Shown piece by piece: positions 39,475 through 51,057 of a stretch of 64,000 bases of DNA. The first letter of the stretch is position 1, and every line of letters starts with the position of its first letter. A model generated the notes under the pieces. The model was not told the DNA's origin. It saw only the letters and a program-made list of their open reading frames with translations, and searched no databases. Source of the stretch: Centroscyllium fabricii (lineage: Eukaryota). The stretch spans positions 68,510,001 through 68,574,000 of the forward strand of contig JBNRSN020000006.1 of NCBI GenBank assembly GCA_051313645.2. Direction: 5' to 3'. The translations under genes and the position numbers were made by a program.

Positions 39475-39762
39475 TGTAGCATAGCCACTAGGGGGAGACA
39501 CTCTGGTCCCCCCAGGACGATATAATCCCCATTCCAGAGTTGGTCCTGCCCCTGTTTCCCCATTGGGTGGTTGGATCAACATTTCCGGTTCCTGATTGGT
39601 CCTGCGGGCTGTCAGTCAAAAGCCCCATGCAGCTTTGCGGTTTTGCGCCTTTTGTGAGTTAGTCGTGTTTGGATTGAAACCAATAAAGACCTGTTAAAGC
39701 TTGCTCCGCGATCTTTCGACGTTCTATTGATTTTAAAGAGTGGGGAACGGCCGTTCCCTACA
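39475..39762 (+). mobile_element. Solo LTR of an unrelated family (Gypsy or ERV) inside B
   Basis: TGTAG...CTACA; AATAAA; 4-bp TSD atat. Confidence 0.85.
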
Positions 39763-42035
39763 ATATTATATATAGGCCGGTGGCCCTCAATTAATCCCCC
39801 GACGCCCTATCACGAGCGATGTGTGCCAGCATCCAGGGAGACAGGCTACAGACCCTCCACAATGACCTCTGCCACCTGGGAGTCACCCGGCTATTCCACC
39901 TGATAAAATCCCGTAACCTGCCCTAATCCATTGAAGAGGTTCGGTCCATGACCAGGAACTGCCGCATCTGCGCGGAGTGCAAGCCCCGATTTTACAGGCC
40001 CGACCGAGCCCACCTGATCAAAACTACACGGCCATTTAAGCACCTAAGCTTAGACTTCAAGGGACCCCTCCCCTCCACCGATTGCAATGTGTACTTCCTC
40101 AATATCGTGGACGAGTACTCCTGCTTCCCATTCGCCTACCCCTGCCCAGACATGACCAGTGCCACGGTCATCGCGTGCCTTGGCAGCCTGATTTGCATGT
40201 TTGGCATGCCAAGCTACATCCACTCTGAAAGAGGGGCGTCATTTATGAGCGACAAGCTATGCCAATACCTGCTGTCAAAAGGGATAGCCACGAGTCGGAC
40301 CACGAGTTATAACCCCCGGGGTAATGGGCAAGTGGAGAGGGAGAACGCGACAGTGTGGAAGGCGGTCACCTTAGCGTTTAGGTCCAGAGACCTTCCTATC
40401 TCCCGCTGGCAGGAGGTACTCCTGGATGTACTCCACTCGATCAGGTCACTCCTGTGCACCGCGTCCAATACCACCCCTCACGAGAAAATGTTTGCTTTTC
40501 CGCGCAAATAAACTTCAGGGGTGTCCCTACCCTCGTGGCTCTCCACCCTAGGATCTGTCCTACTACGGCAGCGTGTGAGAGGCCACAAAACGGACCCCCT
40601 GGTAGAGGCAGTACACCTACTGCACGCGAACCCACAGTACATGTACGTCAGGCACGCCGACGGGCGTGAGGACACTGTGTCCATAAAGGACCTCGCCCCG
40701 GCGGGAGATGACGGCATCCCGCCCGCACCACCCCCAGACATACCTACCACACCCCCAGCACATGGGTATGCCCAGGAGTGCACCACAGACAACCGGCCTC
40801 AACCCGAGGTACTGTTGCGCCAATCGGGGAGGACTATCACCCCCCCCGGTCAGAATCAATTTTTAAGAAGGGGTGATTGTGATGGAATATGTATGTTCAT
40901 CAGACTGTGCTTTTCACCTGGACTTGCCTGTGCTAGGAATGTATGGAATGTATGTACCGCCCACCTTTGTCTATTGTATATGTCGGGCTCCGCCCTTGTC
41001 TTTTGTTATACGGAGGACTCCAGAGCGGCTTGAACCATTCGACCTGGAGAACTCAGTGTGGGAACATGCACCACAGTTCTTAGTTATTAAAAGCCTACCT
41101 TTAAGTCCTTAAACCTCTCGCTTGGATTATTGATGGCCTATCACTCAGCACACATACAATGACAGCCATAGCACCAACAAGAACCTGATCAAATAGACTA
41201 TCAGCATGCTGATAGGTTCCGCTGCCTTGACCGCTCTCGAGGATCCCTGCAGTTCTCCCCTGATCGAGTCTCCATTTTCATTGTTGTTTGCTGCATGCTG
41301 CATAACCTGGCCATTCTGAGGGCCCAGCCATTGCCACCAGGGCAATGCTTGAACTTGAGTAGCGCTCTGCAGTAGCGCCCCGCTCCCCAATGTTAGCATC
41401 CTAAGTGAAGTGTGTAGCACTTGATTTAGTGCTAATTAGCTAATTAGCACCAGGCGCTAAAGTTTACGCCTTGGCAATGTTAGCGCCCCAAAATGGTTGA
41501 TACCGAATTTTTCCCCTTAAGTATCCAAAGATTTTCCAGCTTGTTCAAAAAACTGGAGCATATACCAGCCCATGAAAATTTGCATCTAGTTCAGCCTCAG
41601 AGCATGATGAGAAAGCCAGTGAAGATATCTTTTAGGGTCCTACAATTTTACGTCTGGCTTCTGTTACTGGTATGGATAAGTGGAATCGAAGATCAATCTT
41701 ATTGGCTGCAGAATTGCAGTTCCACTAATCTGCAGGGTTTGTCACTGCACTTACTGCCTCTCCAATTTGCCTGAGAATAAAGAAACATTTTCATGACAGA
41801 GAGCCTGTAATCTCTGAAAAAATTGGAGGCAGTATCTCTGTGGCTGTGCTCCATCACAGCAATGTGCTCTTTGGGTCCTACTGTATTGAGTAAGCTACAG
41901 CATGCGAGGGAGATTTTCAACTTTGGCCCAAAATGGGCGCAAACTTGCCGGTGTCCCTGTGGCACCCACCCAAGGCCACAATCTGAAGACTCAAACCAAT
42001 TTCAGATTCAGTCCTCATAGAGCCATAAAGTCATA

Positions 42036-42923
42036 GGGGTCAATTTTCCTCAAGGTGTGGGGAATTGGTGGGTTTCCCACGGGTCAGGTTTTCTTCCCGT
42101 TTTCTGAAGGGTCTAGGAGATCCACGCAATTTTGGTTTAATTGGCCAATTAAATCCCTGTGTGTGGGAATACTTGCCGCTGGACTGTTTCCAGACAGAAA
42201 GCCGGCGAGGTTTCAGCTGTTTAAAGAGCAGAGCCATTAGCCTACTGAAACAACAGAGATTGAGAGACAGCTGCTGTTAGTTTCAATGGATTGTGAAAGA
42301 GCTCTGTGAAATCACAAAGCCTACTGAAACCACAGAGATTGAGTGACAGCTGCTGTTAGTTTCAATGGATTGTGAAAGAGCTCTGTGACATCACAAAGCC
42401 TAATGAAACCACAGAGATTGAGTGACAGGTTTTTTCAATGACTGCCTGCTCCAGCTGAACCATATCATTGAGAACTATCTGTCAAACCAGCTACAAGGTG
42501 AGTTTGTGACAGCATTATTCCCACTAATCTTGTACACCCTAGGGGTACAGTTAGTCTTGATGCAGACTGGAGTGCAGGGAAGACTTCTGCTGCATCTGCC
42601 TGAATGATAGTCAGTAAGCCACTAGTGTCCCCACCAGGTTTCAACGCTGAGGTTCCAACAAGCGTGTTTAGCATAGAAAAAGGCAGAAAATTGCAAGGGG
42701 CCCATAAAATGGCATTATACATGCCAATTAAGGGTCCTTAATGAGCCTAATGACCATCGCCACTGGTGACAGGTGGGACTGAAGCGGGTCGATCAGACCC
42801 GCCGGGCTGAAATTCACAATCTGCCGGGAAACTGTCGGGAGGGGTCGCGACCCCCTGTTTCTGCGATTTTTGCCTCCCCGGCAACCGAAAAAGCCACCTG
42901 TCGGCTCCATGAAAATTGACCCC
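42036..42923. mobile_element. Harbinger-type MITE with an internal ~81-bp tandem repeat (about 42238-42428)
   Basis: Perfect 13-bp TIR ggggtcaattttc / gaaaattgacccc; TSD ata; inserted in a CR1/SINE tail. Confidence 0.88.
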
Positions 42924-43005
42924 ATAGAGTTATACAGCACAGAAAGAGGACCTTCGGCCCATCGTGTCCTCACTGGCCATTAAGCCCTGACTATTCTAAT
43001 CCCAT

Positions 43006-43125
43006 GATGTGGAGATGCCGGTGTTGGACTGGGGTGGACAAGTGTAAGAAGTTACACAACACCAGATTATAGTCCAACAGCTTTATTTGAAATCACAAAC
43101 TTTCGGAGCACTGCTCCTTCGTCAG
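43006..43125 (-). mobile_element. Penelope-type terminal fragment with hammerhead core
   Basis: Minus strand reads ctgacga-a-ggagc-agt-gctcc-gaaa, followed by aataaa. Confidence 0.6.
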
Positions 43126-43256
43126 ATTTCACCAGATTAAGCCACTAAATACCAAATACAATTGGGGTCAACATGCTCCACCCAACTGCACATTCAGATT
43201 TTAGTTCAGGGTTTTCCAACTGATGCACGGAGTGAGTCTTAGGCTGAATGGTAGTA

Positions 43257-43673
43257 GGCGGCACGGTGGCACAGCGGTTAGCACTGTTGTCTCACAGCAC
43301 TGGAGACCCGGGTTCAAATCCAGCCTCGGGTACTATCTGTGTGGAGTTTGCACATTCTCCCCGTGTCTGCGTGGGTTTCCTCCGGGTGCTCCGGTTTCCT
43401 CCCACAGTCCAAAGATGTGCGGGTTAGGTTGATTGGCCATGATAAATTGACCATTAGTGTTAGGGTGATTGAATATGTGGGGTTACGGGGATAGGGTGGG
43501 ATATGTGTCGATGCAGGCTCGATAGGGATTGAGGGATATGGGGAGAGGGCAGGGGCGGGGTACTGGGTTTGGATGATCAGCCATGATCTCATTGAATGGC
43601 GGAGCAGGCTCGAAGGGCCGAATGGCCTACTCCTGCTCCTAGTTTCTATGTTTCTATGTTTCTATGTTTCTAT
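43257..43673 (+). mobile_element. HE1-type V-SINE
   Basis: tRNA head (A/B boxes); V-domain gtctgcgtgggtttcctccgggtgctccggtttcctcccacagtccaaag; CR1-type tail (atgtttct)n. Confidence 0.92.
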
Positions 43674-43910
43674 TCCTGTCTGAGTCAGAAGGTGCAAGTT
43701 TTATACCCCGCCTCAGACAGTCCCAGCAAATGGAGACCAGAGCTTCCCTGGTTGACATTCAGCTAGATATCGGCTGGTACAAAGATGGTTACGGCCATGT
43801 CTGGAGCATGCACATCGCAATCTGTCAGACCGTGAATCAGCCTGCAAATCCTTAGACCACTTCAGCCCCTTCTCCAAGGGAAGGCTACAAAGATACGAAA
43901 ACAACAAACA

Positions 43911-44302
43911 GCGGCACGGTGGCATAGTGGTTAGCACTGTTGCCTCACAGCACTGGAGACCCGGGTTCAAATCCAGCCTCGGGTACTATCTGTGTGGAGT
44001 TTGCACATTCTCCCCGTGTCTGCGTGGGTTTCCTCCGGGTGCTCCGGTTTCCTCCCACAGTCCAAAGATGTGCGGGTTAGGTTGATTGGCCATGATAAAT
44101 TGACCCTTAGTGTTGGGGGAATTGAATATGTGGGGTTGCGGATATAAGGTGGGATGTGTGTCGGTGCAGGCTCGGTGGGGATCGAGGGATATAGGGAGAG
44201 GGCAGAGGTGGGGTACTGGGTTTGGATGATCAGCCATGATCTCATTGAGTGGCGGAGCAGGCTCGAAGGGTCGAATGGCCTACTCCTGCTCCTAGTTTCT
44301 AT
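43911..44302 (+). mobile_element. HE1-type V-SINE
   Basis: Near-identical to 43257-43673. Confidence 0.92.
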
Positions 44303-44749
44303 ATGACACCAATTTTCATATTTACACAGTCTGTTTTGGGTGGGAGTGCTGGGAACACATTTAAAAGCCTGCCTGAAAATCGAATCGGGGGGAAATGGTT
44401 GTCAAAGGTGCGCACCAGATTTTCTTCTGCTGGCCACCTGTCTTTAAAGTAAGAAGCATCCAGCCAGCAGTTGACAATTCCTCTCCTCCCCAACACTCTG
44501 TTTAAGAAAAGTCTTGACAGCAAAGGAAGATCACAATATTAGAGGGAGAACACAGACATCCTACAGTATCCTACAGTACCAAGTCTTCCTGGGCTTGGCA
44601 CAAGGCCCGTATCACATAAAATATCCGATAGTTAATATCAAATCATTGACTCTTGGTAGGGATTTAGACAGTACCCCCTCAAAACATGTTTGAAAACTAA
44701 ATGAAAAACAAAGCAAATGAACTGTGGAATTTCGTGAGGAGATAATAAT

Positions 44750-45461
44750 GGCCCAGAAATTCGGGTCGGAGGCTTCCCGCTGGTGTAAGCCTCCAACCTG
44801 CACTTACCTTGCGCACCGGCCGTTGAGCTGTGGGCCCTCGTGGAATTCCATTCCTGGGCCTCCTCCAACTGCCAGCGCGCAGTGCTTGCATGTCCCAGGG
44901 CGCAGTTAGTTTGATGTGTCCTCTGGGATCACGTGGGCCATGGAGAGCCAATCAGAGCAGAAAATGCTTCATTCATAAGTTTGACAGGAAGAGCTGTCAA
45001 AACTATGAAAACTACAAGCCCCAAAACATCACTAAACTTCAAATATTTGTTTTTTAAATCACATTTTTAAAATAACTATAAATTACATGAAATAACTATT
45101 TTTAACAATAACTTAAATTTTTGAAAATATTAATTATATTTTCTAATGGGGCTAAAAATAAACATGCCTTCCTTTAAAGTATTTAAAAATAAAAAACCTG
45201 TGGAAAAAAAGTTTTAATTTGAATTAATTCACCACTTACCTTGTTAAAAGCAGGCCTTACTTACGCCTGCTTCTACATGTCTAAAATATTCAGACTTACC
45301 TGCACGGAAAAAGCTGTAAAAAAACCCATAAGTGCAATGCACACACGCTCTGCTGCTCCCGTGCATGCGCTCCACCTCTTAACCCCTTCGTTCAGGGGAA
45401 CGGAAGTGCTGGTTTCCCGCGCATGCGCATACTCACCCGTGAAGACCCGAATTCCTGGGCC
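44750..45461. mobile_element. Harbinger-type MITE
   Basis: 18-bp TIR ggcccagaaattcgggtc (1 mismatch); flanks aat / att. Confidence 0.8.
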
Positions 45462-45975
45462 ATTGTGATATATAATCTGAATCTAGATGAAGTAGAGTTG
45501 TACATAATGTACACTATAGAGCAGAAAATTTAATAATTGATGTATTCAGTGGAAAAAATCCATATTAATTACCTACAACAAAATTTGACATATCACTATG
45601 TCGCTTAACTTATCATATCATATTCAGATCTTATAAAAGTGTTACTGCTTCGCTTTGCAGTGAATAGGTTCAGAGAAAATTATCTTTTGTGAATTCCCGT
45701 ACCATTTCATTCTTTTATTGTGTCAAATTTCTTTGGCATTGCACATGGAAAGTGCGGGAGGAAGGCGGTGGATCAAGACCAAGTGCAGTCTTCAGGACTA
45801 GCTGGACAAGAGGAGAGGGAATAATTGAACCAGGGTGTGTACATGTAATTCAGTCCCCATTTTAAAGTCATTTTTCTATCCATTATGAATTCCAATGCCC
45901 ACATTTGTAAATCAAATCTAAACTTACCAGGAAAGAAATTGGATAACCCCAAAAAACAGACGTGAGGCTCGTGGT

Positions 45976-46142
45976 ACATAGAAACATAGAAAAATAGAAG
46001 ATAGGAGCAGGAGTAGGCCATTCGGCCCTTCGAGCCTGCTCCGCCATTCAATGAGATCATGGCTGATCATCCAAACCCAGTACCCCGTCCCTGCCCTGTC
46101 CCCATATCCCTCGATCCCTATCGAGCCTGCACCGACACATAT
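45976..46142 (-). mobile_element. HE1 SINE 3' half (5' half at 54434-54677)
   Basis: The two halves join through atat around the CR1 insertion. Confidence 0.88.
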
Positions 46143-46429
46143 TTGGGTGCTGTTGGGGGAGATGACTTATCAGGGGAAGGCACCAGCAGCCAGGTTGATG
46201 GCACCATGACTGGCTCTGCTGCACAGAAGGGCGGGAAAAAGAGTGGCAGGGCTATAGTGATAGGGGATTCAATTGTAAGGGGAATAGACAGGAGTTTCTG
46301 TGGCTGTCACCGAGATACCAAGTTGGTGTGTTGCCTCCCTGGTGCAAGGGTCAAGGATGTCTCGGAGCGGGTGCAGAGCATTCTGGAGGGGGAGGGTGAA
46401 CAGCCAGTTGTCGTGGTACATGTGGGTAC

Positions 46430-49400
46430 TGTAGAGGCATGCAGGGCCGAAGAACCACACTGGACACAGAAGATTCGGAAAGTTATCATTTATTACTACT
46501 ACAGCTAGGGCCAGGTGGAGAAAGAGACTGAGCCACCTGGAACCCGGGTATTTAAAGGTCCCGCAGTTGGTGACGTCACTGCCGGGTGTCCACCTGGCGA
46601 CATCATTACGCCGGAAGTCGCGGTGACGTCATCACGCTGCCCGGCGGGCGGGGCCGTCTCGCAGCACTCCCGAGGCAGATTCGATGGTTCTGGTGGGCGT
46701 GTCGCCACACAGCTCCCCCCCAGAATCCGTGAGGGAGAGCCAAGTTTGACCTAGAGGAGAAGGGAGCATAAAGTAAAAATAAAAAAAGGGAGAATAAAAG
46801 TTGAGTCTCAGGCGGGGTGTTGAGTTGGCCTGATGATGAGGTCCGCACGTGTTGTCTCAGGCAAGGCGTTGAGGTGGCCTGATGATGCGGCCTGCACGTG
46901 TCGTGCGCTGCTCCTTGTTCTGCGTTGGAGTGTGGGCGGGCTTTGGTGCGGTAGGGCGTCCGCGCTTTGGTGGCTGCGCGGGGACTGTTGTCTCACCCGC
47001 CATTACGTGTGCCGGTTTGAGCCGGTCAATTGAGACAGTCTCAGCTCTGTTGCCCATTTAAATTTCAAACGTTTTAGGTCCCGCCCAAAGCACTCTGTAC
47101 GGTCCGTCGTACGGTGGTTGTAGAGGTGTTCGATGTGCGTCGTGGCGGACAAACACATACTTGGCATTCTGGATGGTGTCTGGTACTCGTGCTGCCGGCT
47201 CTCCGTGCCGGGCCACTGGAAGTGGTTTGAATGCCGCTGCCTGGTTGTTAAAGTCTTTGAGGCAGCGTTCGGCTGACCAGGGGGCGTTTGTTTCCGCCAC
47301 GAACTCGCCTGGTACGGTTAGGGGTTGGCCATAGACTAGTTCCGCCGCTGAGGCGTGCAGGTCTTCCTTGGCCGCTGAACGCAGGCCGAGCATTACCCAG
47401 GGTAGGCGGTCGGTCCAGGTCGCGTCTTTGAGGCTGGCCCGCAAAGAAGCTTTGAAGGAGCGGTGGAACTGTTCGCAGAGGCCATTGGCCTATGGGTGGT
47501 AGGCGGTGGTTCGGTGCAGGGTTGCCCCGAGGTCGTGGGCGATGGTTGCCCATAGGGTTGAGGTAAATTGGGGGCCCCTGTCTGATGTGATGTCGGTGGG
47601 GACGCCAAAACGTGCGACCCAGGTGGCAATGAAGGCCCTGGCCAGGTCCGCGGTGGTGGTAGCGGTGAGGGGGACCGCTTCTGGCCAGCGGGTGCTGCGG
47701 TCGACCATAGTCATGATATATGAGTGTCCCCGTGATGGTGGTAGTGGTCCGACCAGGTCGATGTGTACATGGCTGAAGCGTCTAGCTGGGATGGCGATCG
47801 TTTCCAGCGGTGCCTTGATGTGCTTGTGCACCTTGGCGCGCTGGCAGGCATTGCAGGAGTTGGTCCAGGCGCGGACATCCTTGCGCAGGCCGCGCCAAAC
47901 GAATCGCGCAGAGATGAGCTTTGTGGACGCGCGGACACCGGGGTGGGACAGGTCATGTAGGGTCTGAAAGATGTGTCGCCTCCATGCGTGGGGGACGACG
48001 GGTCTGGGCTGCGGGAGGGAGACGTCGCAGCAGACCTCCGTGGCTGTGGGCCCGTGTACTACGGTGGCCAAGAGCAGGCCGGGGAGGTTGGTAGCGGGGT
48101 CGAGCAGATCGGGGTCGGTTAGTTGGTCGGCCGCCATTTTGGTGTAGTCGACGGTCGTTTGAACGGAGTTGATGGTGGGGCGTGAGAGGCAATCAGCGAC
48201 CACGTTGTCGCGGCCGGCAATGTGCTGAATGTCGGTAGTGAATTCCGACACAGCCGCGAGCTGGCACTGCTGCCTGGCCGACCAGGGTTCAGAGATCTTA
48301 ACCATTGCAGACACAAATGGCTTGTGATCCACGAAGGCTGTAAAGTGGCGGCCCTTTAGGAGGAAGCGGAGGTGGCGCACCGCGAGGTAGAGAGCAAGTA
48401 GCTCCCTATCGAAGGCGCTGTACTTGACCTCCGGGGGCCGGAGTTGTCGGCTGAAAAAGACCAGGGGTTGCCAGGAGTCGCCTGTCCACTGCTCAAAGAC
48501 TGCTCCGACTGCGCGGTCGGAGGCGTCGGTGGTGAGGGCTACTCTGGCGTTGGGCCTAGGGTGGCTGAGGAGCGTGGCATTGGCCAGGGCGGTTTTGGTT
48601 GCGATCAAGGCGGTGGAGGCTTCGGCCGTCCACTCGACCGCAGCCTTGTTGGACTGCCCGCGGGTGGCGTGGTAGAGGGGGGCCATGAGAGCGGCTGCTC
48701 CTGGGATGAAGCGGTTGTAGAAATTAACCATCCCAAGGAATTCCTGCAGCCCCTTGATGGAGTGCGGGCGGGGGAATTCCTGGACCGCCTGCACCTTGGA
48801 GGGCAGGGGTATGGCCCCGGTCTGGGAGATGTGGTGGCCGAGGAAGTCGATCGTCTCGAGGCCGAATCGACATTTGGAGGGGCTTAATATAAGGCCGTGT
48901 TCGGCCAGGCGGTTGAAAAGGGCCCTGAGATGGAGGAGGTGTTCCTGGGGGGAGGTGCTGGCCACGAGGATGTCGTCGAGATGAACGAACGTGAACTGCA
49001 AGTCCCGTAGGACTGAGTCCATGAGGCGCTGGAAGGCCTGGGCCGCGTTTTTGAGTCCGAAGGGCATTCGGAGGAATTCGAATAAGCCAAATGGGGTAAT
49101 GACGGCTGTCTTAGGGACGTCCGCCGGGTGCACTGGTACCTGGTGGTTGCCACGTACCAGGTCGATCTTAGAAAAGACCGTGCAGCCGGCTAGCCTGGCT
49201 GAGAAATCTTGGATGTGGGGGACTGTGTACCTGTCTGGGGTGGTGGCGTTGTTGAGGCGGCGGTGGTCTCCGCAGGGGCGCCAGCCGCCGCCGGGTTTGG
49301 GGGCAATGTGGAGAGGGGAGGCCCAGGGGCTGCTGGAGCGGCGGATTATGCCGAGTTGTTCCATGATGTGGAACTCGGCGCGCGCGATCTCTAGCTTGGC

Positions 49401-51057
49401 CAGGTCCAGCCTGCGTGCGTGGGCGTGGACTGGAGGGCCTGTGGTAGTGATGTGATGCTCCACCCCATGCTTGGCCGCGCGGGCTGTGAAGGTGGGGTTA
49501 GTGAGGGCTGGGAACTCCGCGAGCAGCGTGGCGTACGTGTCGGAGTTCCGGGCTCGGCAGTGGGATGATGCGTGGGTCTGGTGTGCCGGCCCTGTGGAGC
49601 ATGGGATGGTCGACATGTTGTGGATGTCGACGAGGCGGCGTCGGGTAACGTCGACCAGTAGGCCGTGGGCGCACAGAAAGTCGGCCCCGAGTAGGGGTAT
49701 TTTGACTTGTGCTGTGATGAAGTCCCACTTGTACGTGTGGCCTGCTAGCTTGATGGTAAGCTGGTGGGTGCCGAACGTAACTATCTCGGAGCCGTTTGCG
49801 GCTTCGAGTGGTGGGCCTTGGGTGCCTTGCTTGGTTTCTGCGGGGGAGGCTGGCACGATGCTGTGCTGTGTGCCTGTGTCGCAGAGGAAGCGGAGGCCTG
49901 AGCCCCTGTCCGTGACAAAGAGCAGTGCTCCGGAGCGGCCTACGGACATGGTGGGGCTAGGGCTGGTTTGGGGTTTGAAGGTGTAGGGCTGGACGCAGCG
50001 CTGCGCTTTGGCTTCGAACCTGGTGTGGTCGTAGCACCAGCCTGGGCCTGTGGTGCGTGGCTTTTTGTGGGTCCGCACCGCTCTGGGTTGGGATCTGGGC
50101 CCGGGCCTGGGGTGCGCGTAGTACTGCTCCAGTGGAGCAGCAGTGGTTTGGCGCGTGGCGGCCCGGGTGCGCTCGGCCCTCATCAGCTTGTCGGCCTCCT
50201 GAGCCAGTTGTTCCTTGGTGTAGTGCTCAAGGACCGTCAGAGCCGGTCTGACGGAGGGGGGCAGTTTAAAGAGGAACAAGGCGTGCTTAATGGTGGCCGG
50301 GTCGCAATTAAGCGCTTCAAATTGGGCCCAAATGTCAGATGGGTCTGCGTCCCCTAGATCGGGGAGGTTGATGAGCTGGCAGTCGCGCTCAAATTGGGTG
50401 GGGGTAAATTTGTCTAGCAGCGCGGCCTTAAGCGTTTCATACCTGCCAGCAGTTGGTTCTTGCTGGATTGATGCCCACATTCGGTCGATCGTGGGCTGCG
50501 AAAGGGCTGCGAAGAGCAGGCTGTAACGATCGTCCCCCTGCACGCCATAGATGCGGTAGGTGTTCTCCGTGTTGAAGAACCAGGCCGCTGGACGGAGTTC
50601 CCAGAACTCAGGTAAGGTTGGGATTTGGCCGTAGTGCTGGCCACGTCTGTGGTGGCGTGCTGTTTCGATCCCTGCTGGCATGGTGGTTGCGATTCAACTG
50701 AGGCAGCTTGGCCCTCAGTCCTGCAGCGACTGCTTCATTGTTCCCTTGGAATTCGTTCCAAGTATCGAGGTCACCACTGTAGAGGCATGCAGGGCCGAAG
50801 AACCACACTGGACACAGAAGATTCGGAAAGTTATCATTTATTACTACTACAGCTAGGGCCAGGTGGAGAAAGAGACTGAGCCACCTGGAACCCGGGTATT
50901 TAAAGGTCCCGCGGTTGGTGACGTCACTGCCGGGTGTCCACCTGGCGACGTCATCACGCCAGAAGTCGCGGTGACGTCATCACGCCGCCCGGCGGGCGGG
51001 GCCATCTCGCAGCACTCCCGAGGCGGATTCGATGGTTCTGGTGGGTGTGTCGCCACA
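46430..51057 (-). mobile_element. CsRn1/Kabuki-clade Gypsy element (280-bp LTRs 46430-46709 and 50778-51057)
   Basis: 4-bp TSD gtac; PBS tggtgacctcg (tRNA-Trp-like); PPT; LTRs differ at about 8 positions. Confidence 0.93.
46857..50681 (-). pseudogene. Gag-Pol polyprotein: 1063-aa ORF that continues past nonsense codons at 47490 and 47058
   Basis: CHCC-like WCYDHTRF...RC; FLCDTGTQHS; RMPFGLKNAAQAFQ; HLDD (YLDD altered); TTDASD; HVHIDLVGPLP; SDRGPQF. Confidence 0.92.

Larger units (their letters stand above)
25848..41143 (+). mobile_element. Ty3/Gypsy element B: 5' LTR 25848-36869 split by element C and a LINE; internal region 36870-40877; 3' LTR 40878-41143
   Basis: TSD ctcag (25843-25847 / 41144-41148); gag from 36893; twin CCHC-like knuckles; CLIDCGNTESFI; PYLDNV; integrase 39948-40511. 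Confidence 0.93.
23705..41516 (+). mobile_element. Harbinger element split by about 15.3 kb of nested LTR insertions and a TIR insertion
   Basis: Transposase 25030-25847 resumes at 41149 (HTYNDSH...RFRCLDRS); ends gaatttttcccc. Confidence 0.75.

Noticed and set aside
43257-43330. tRNA genes
   Set aside because: These are tRNA-derived SINE heads continuing into the V-domain and LINE tail.
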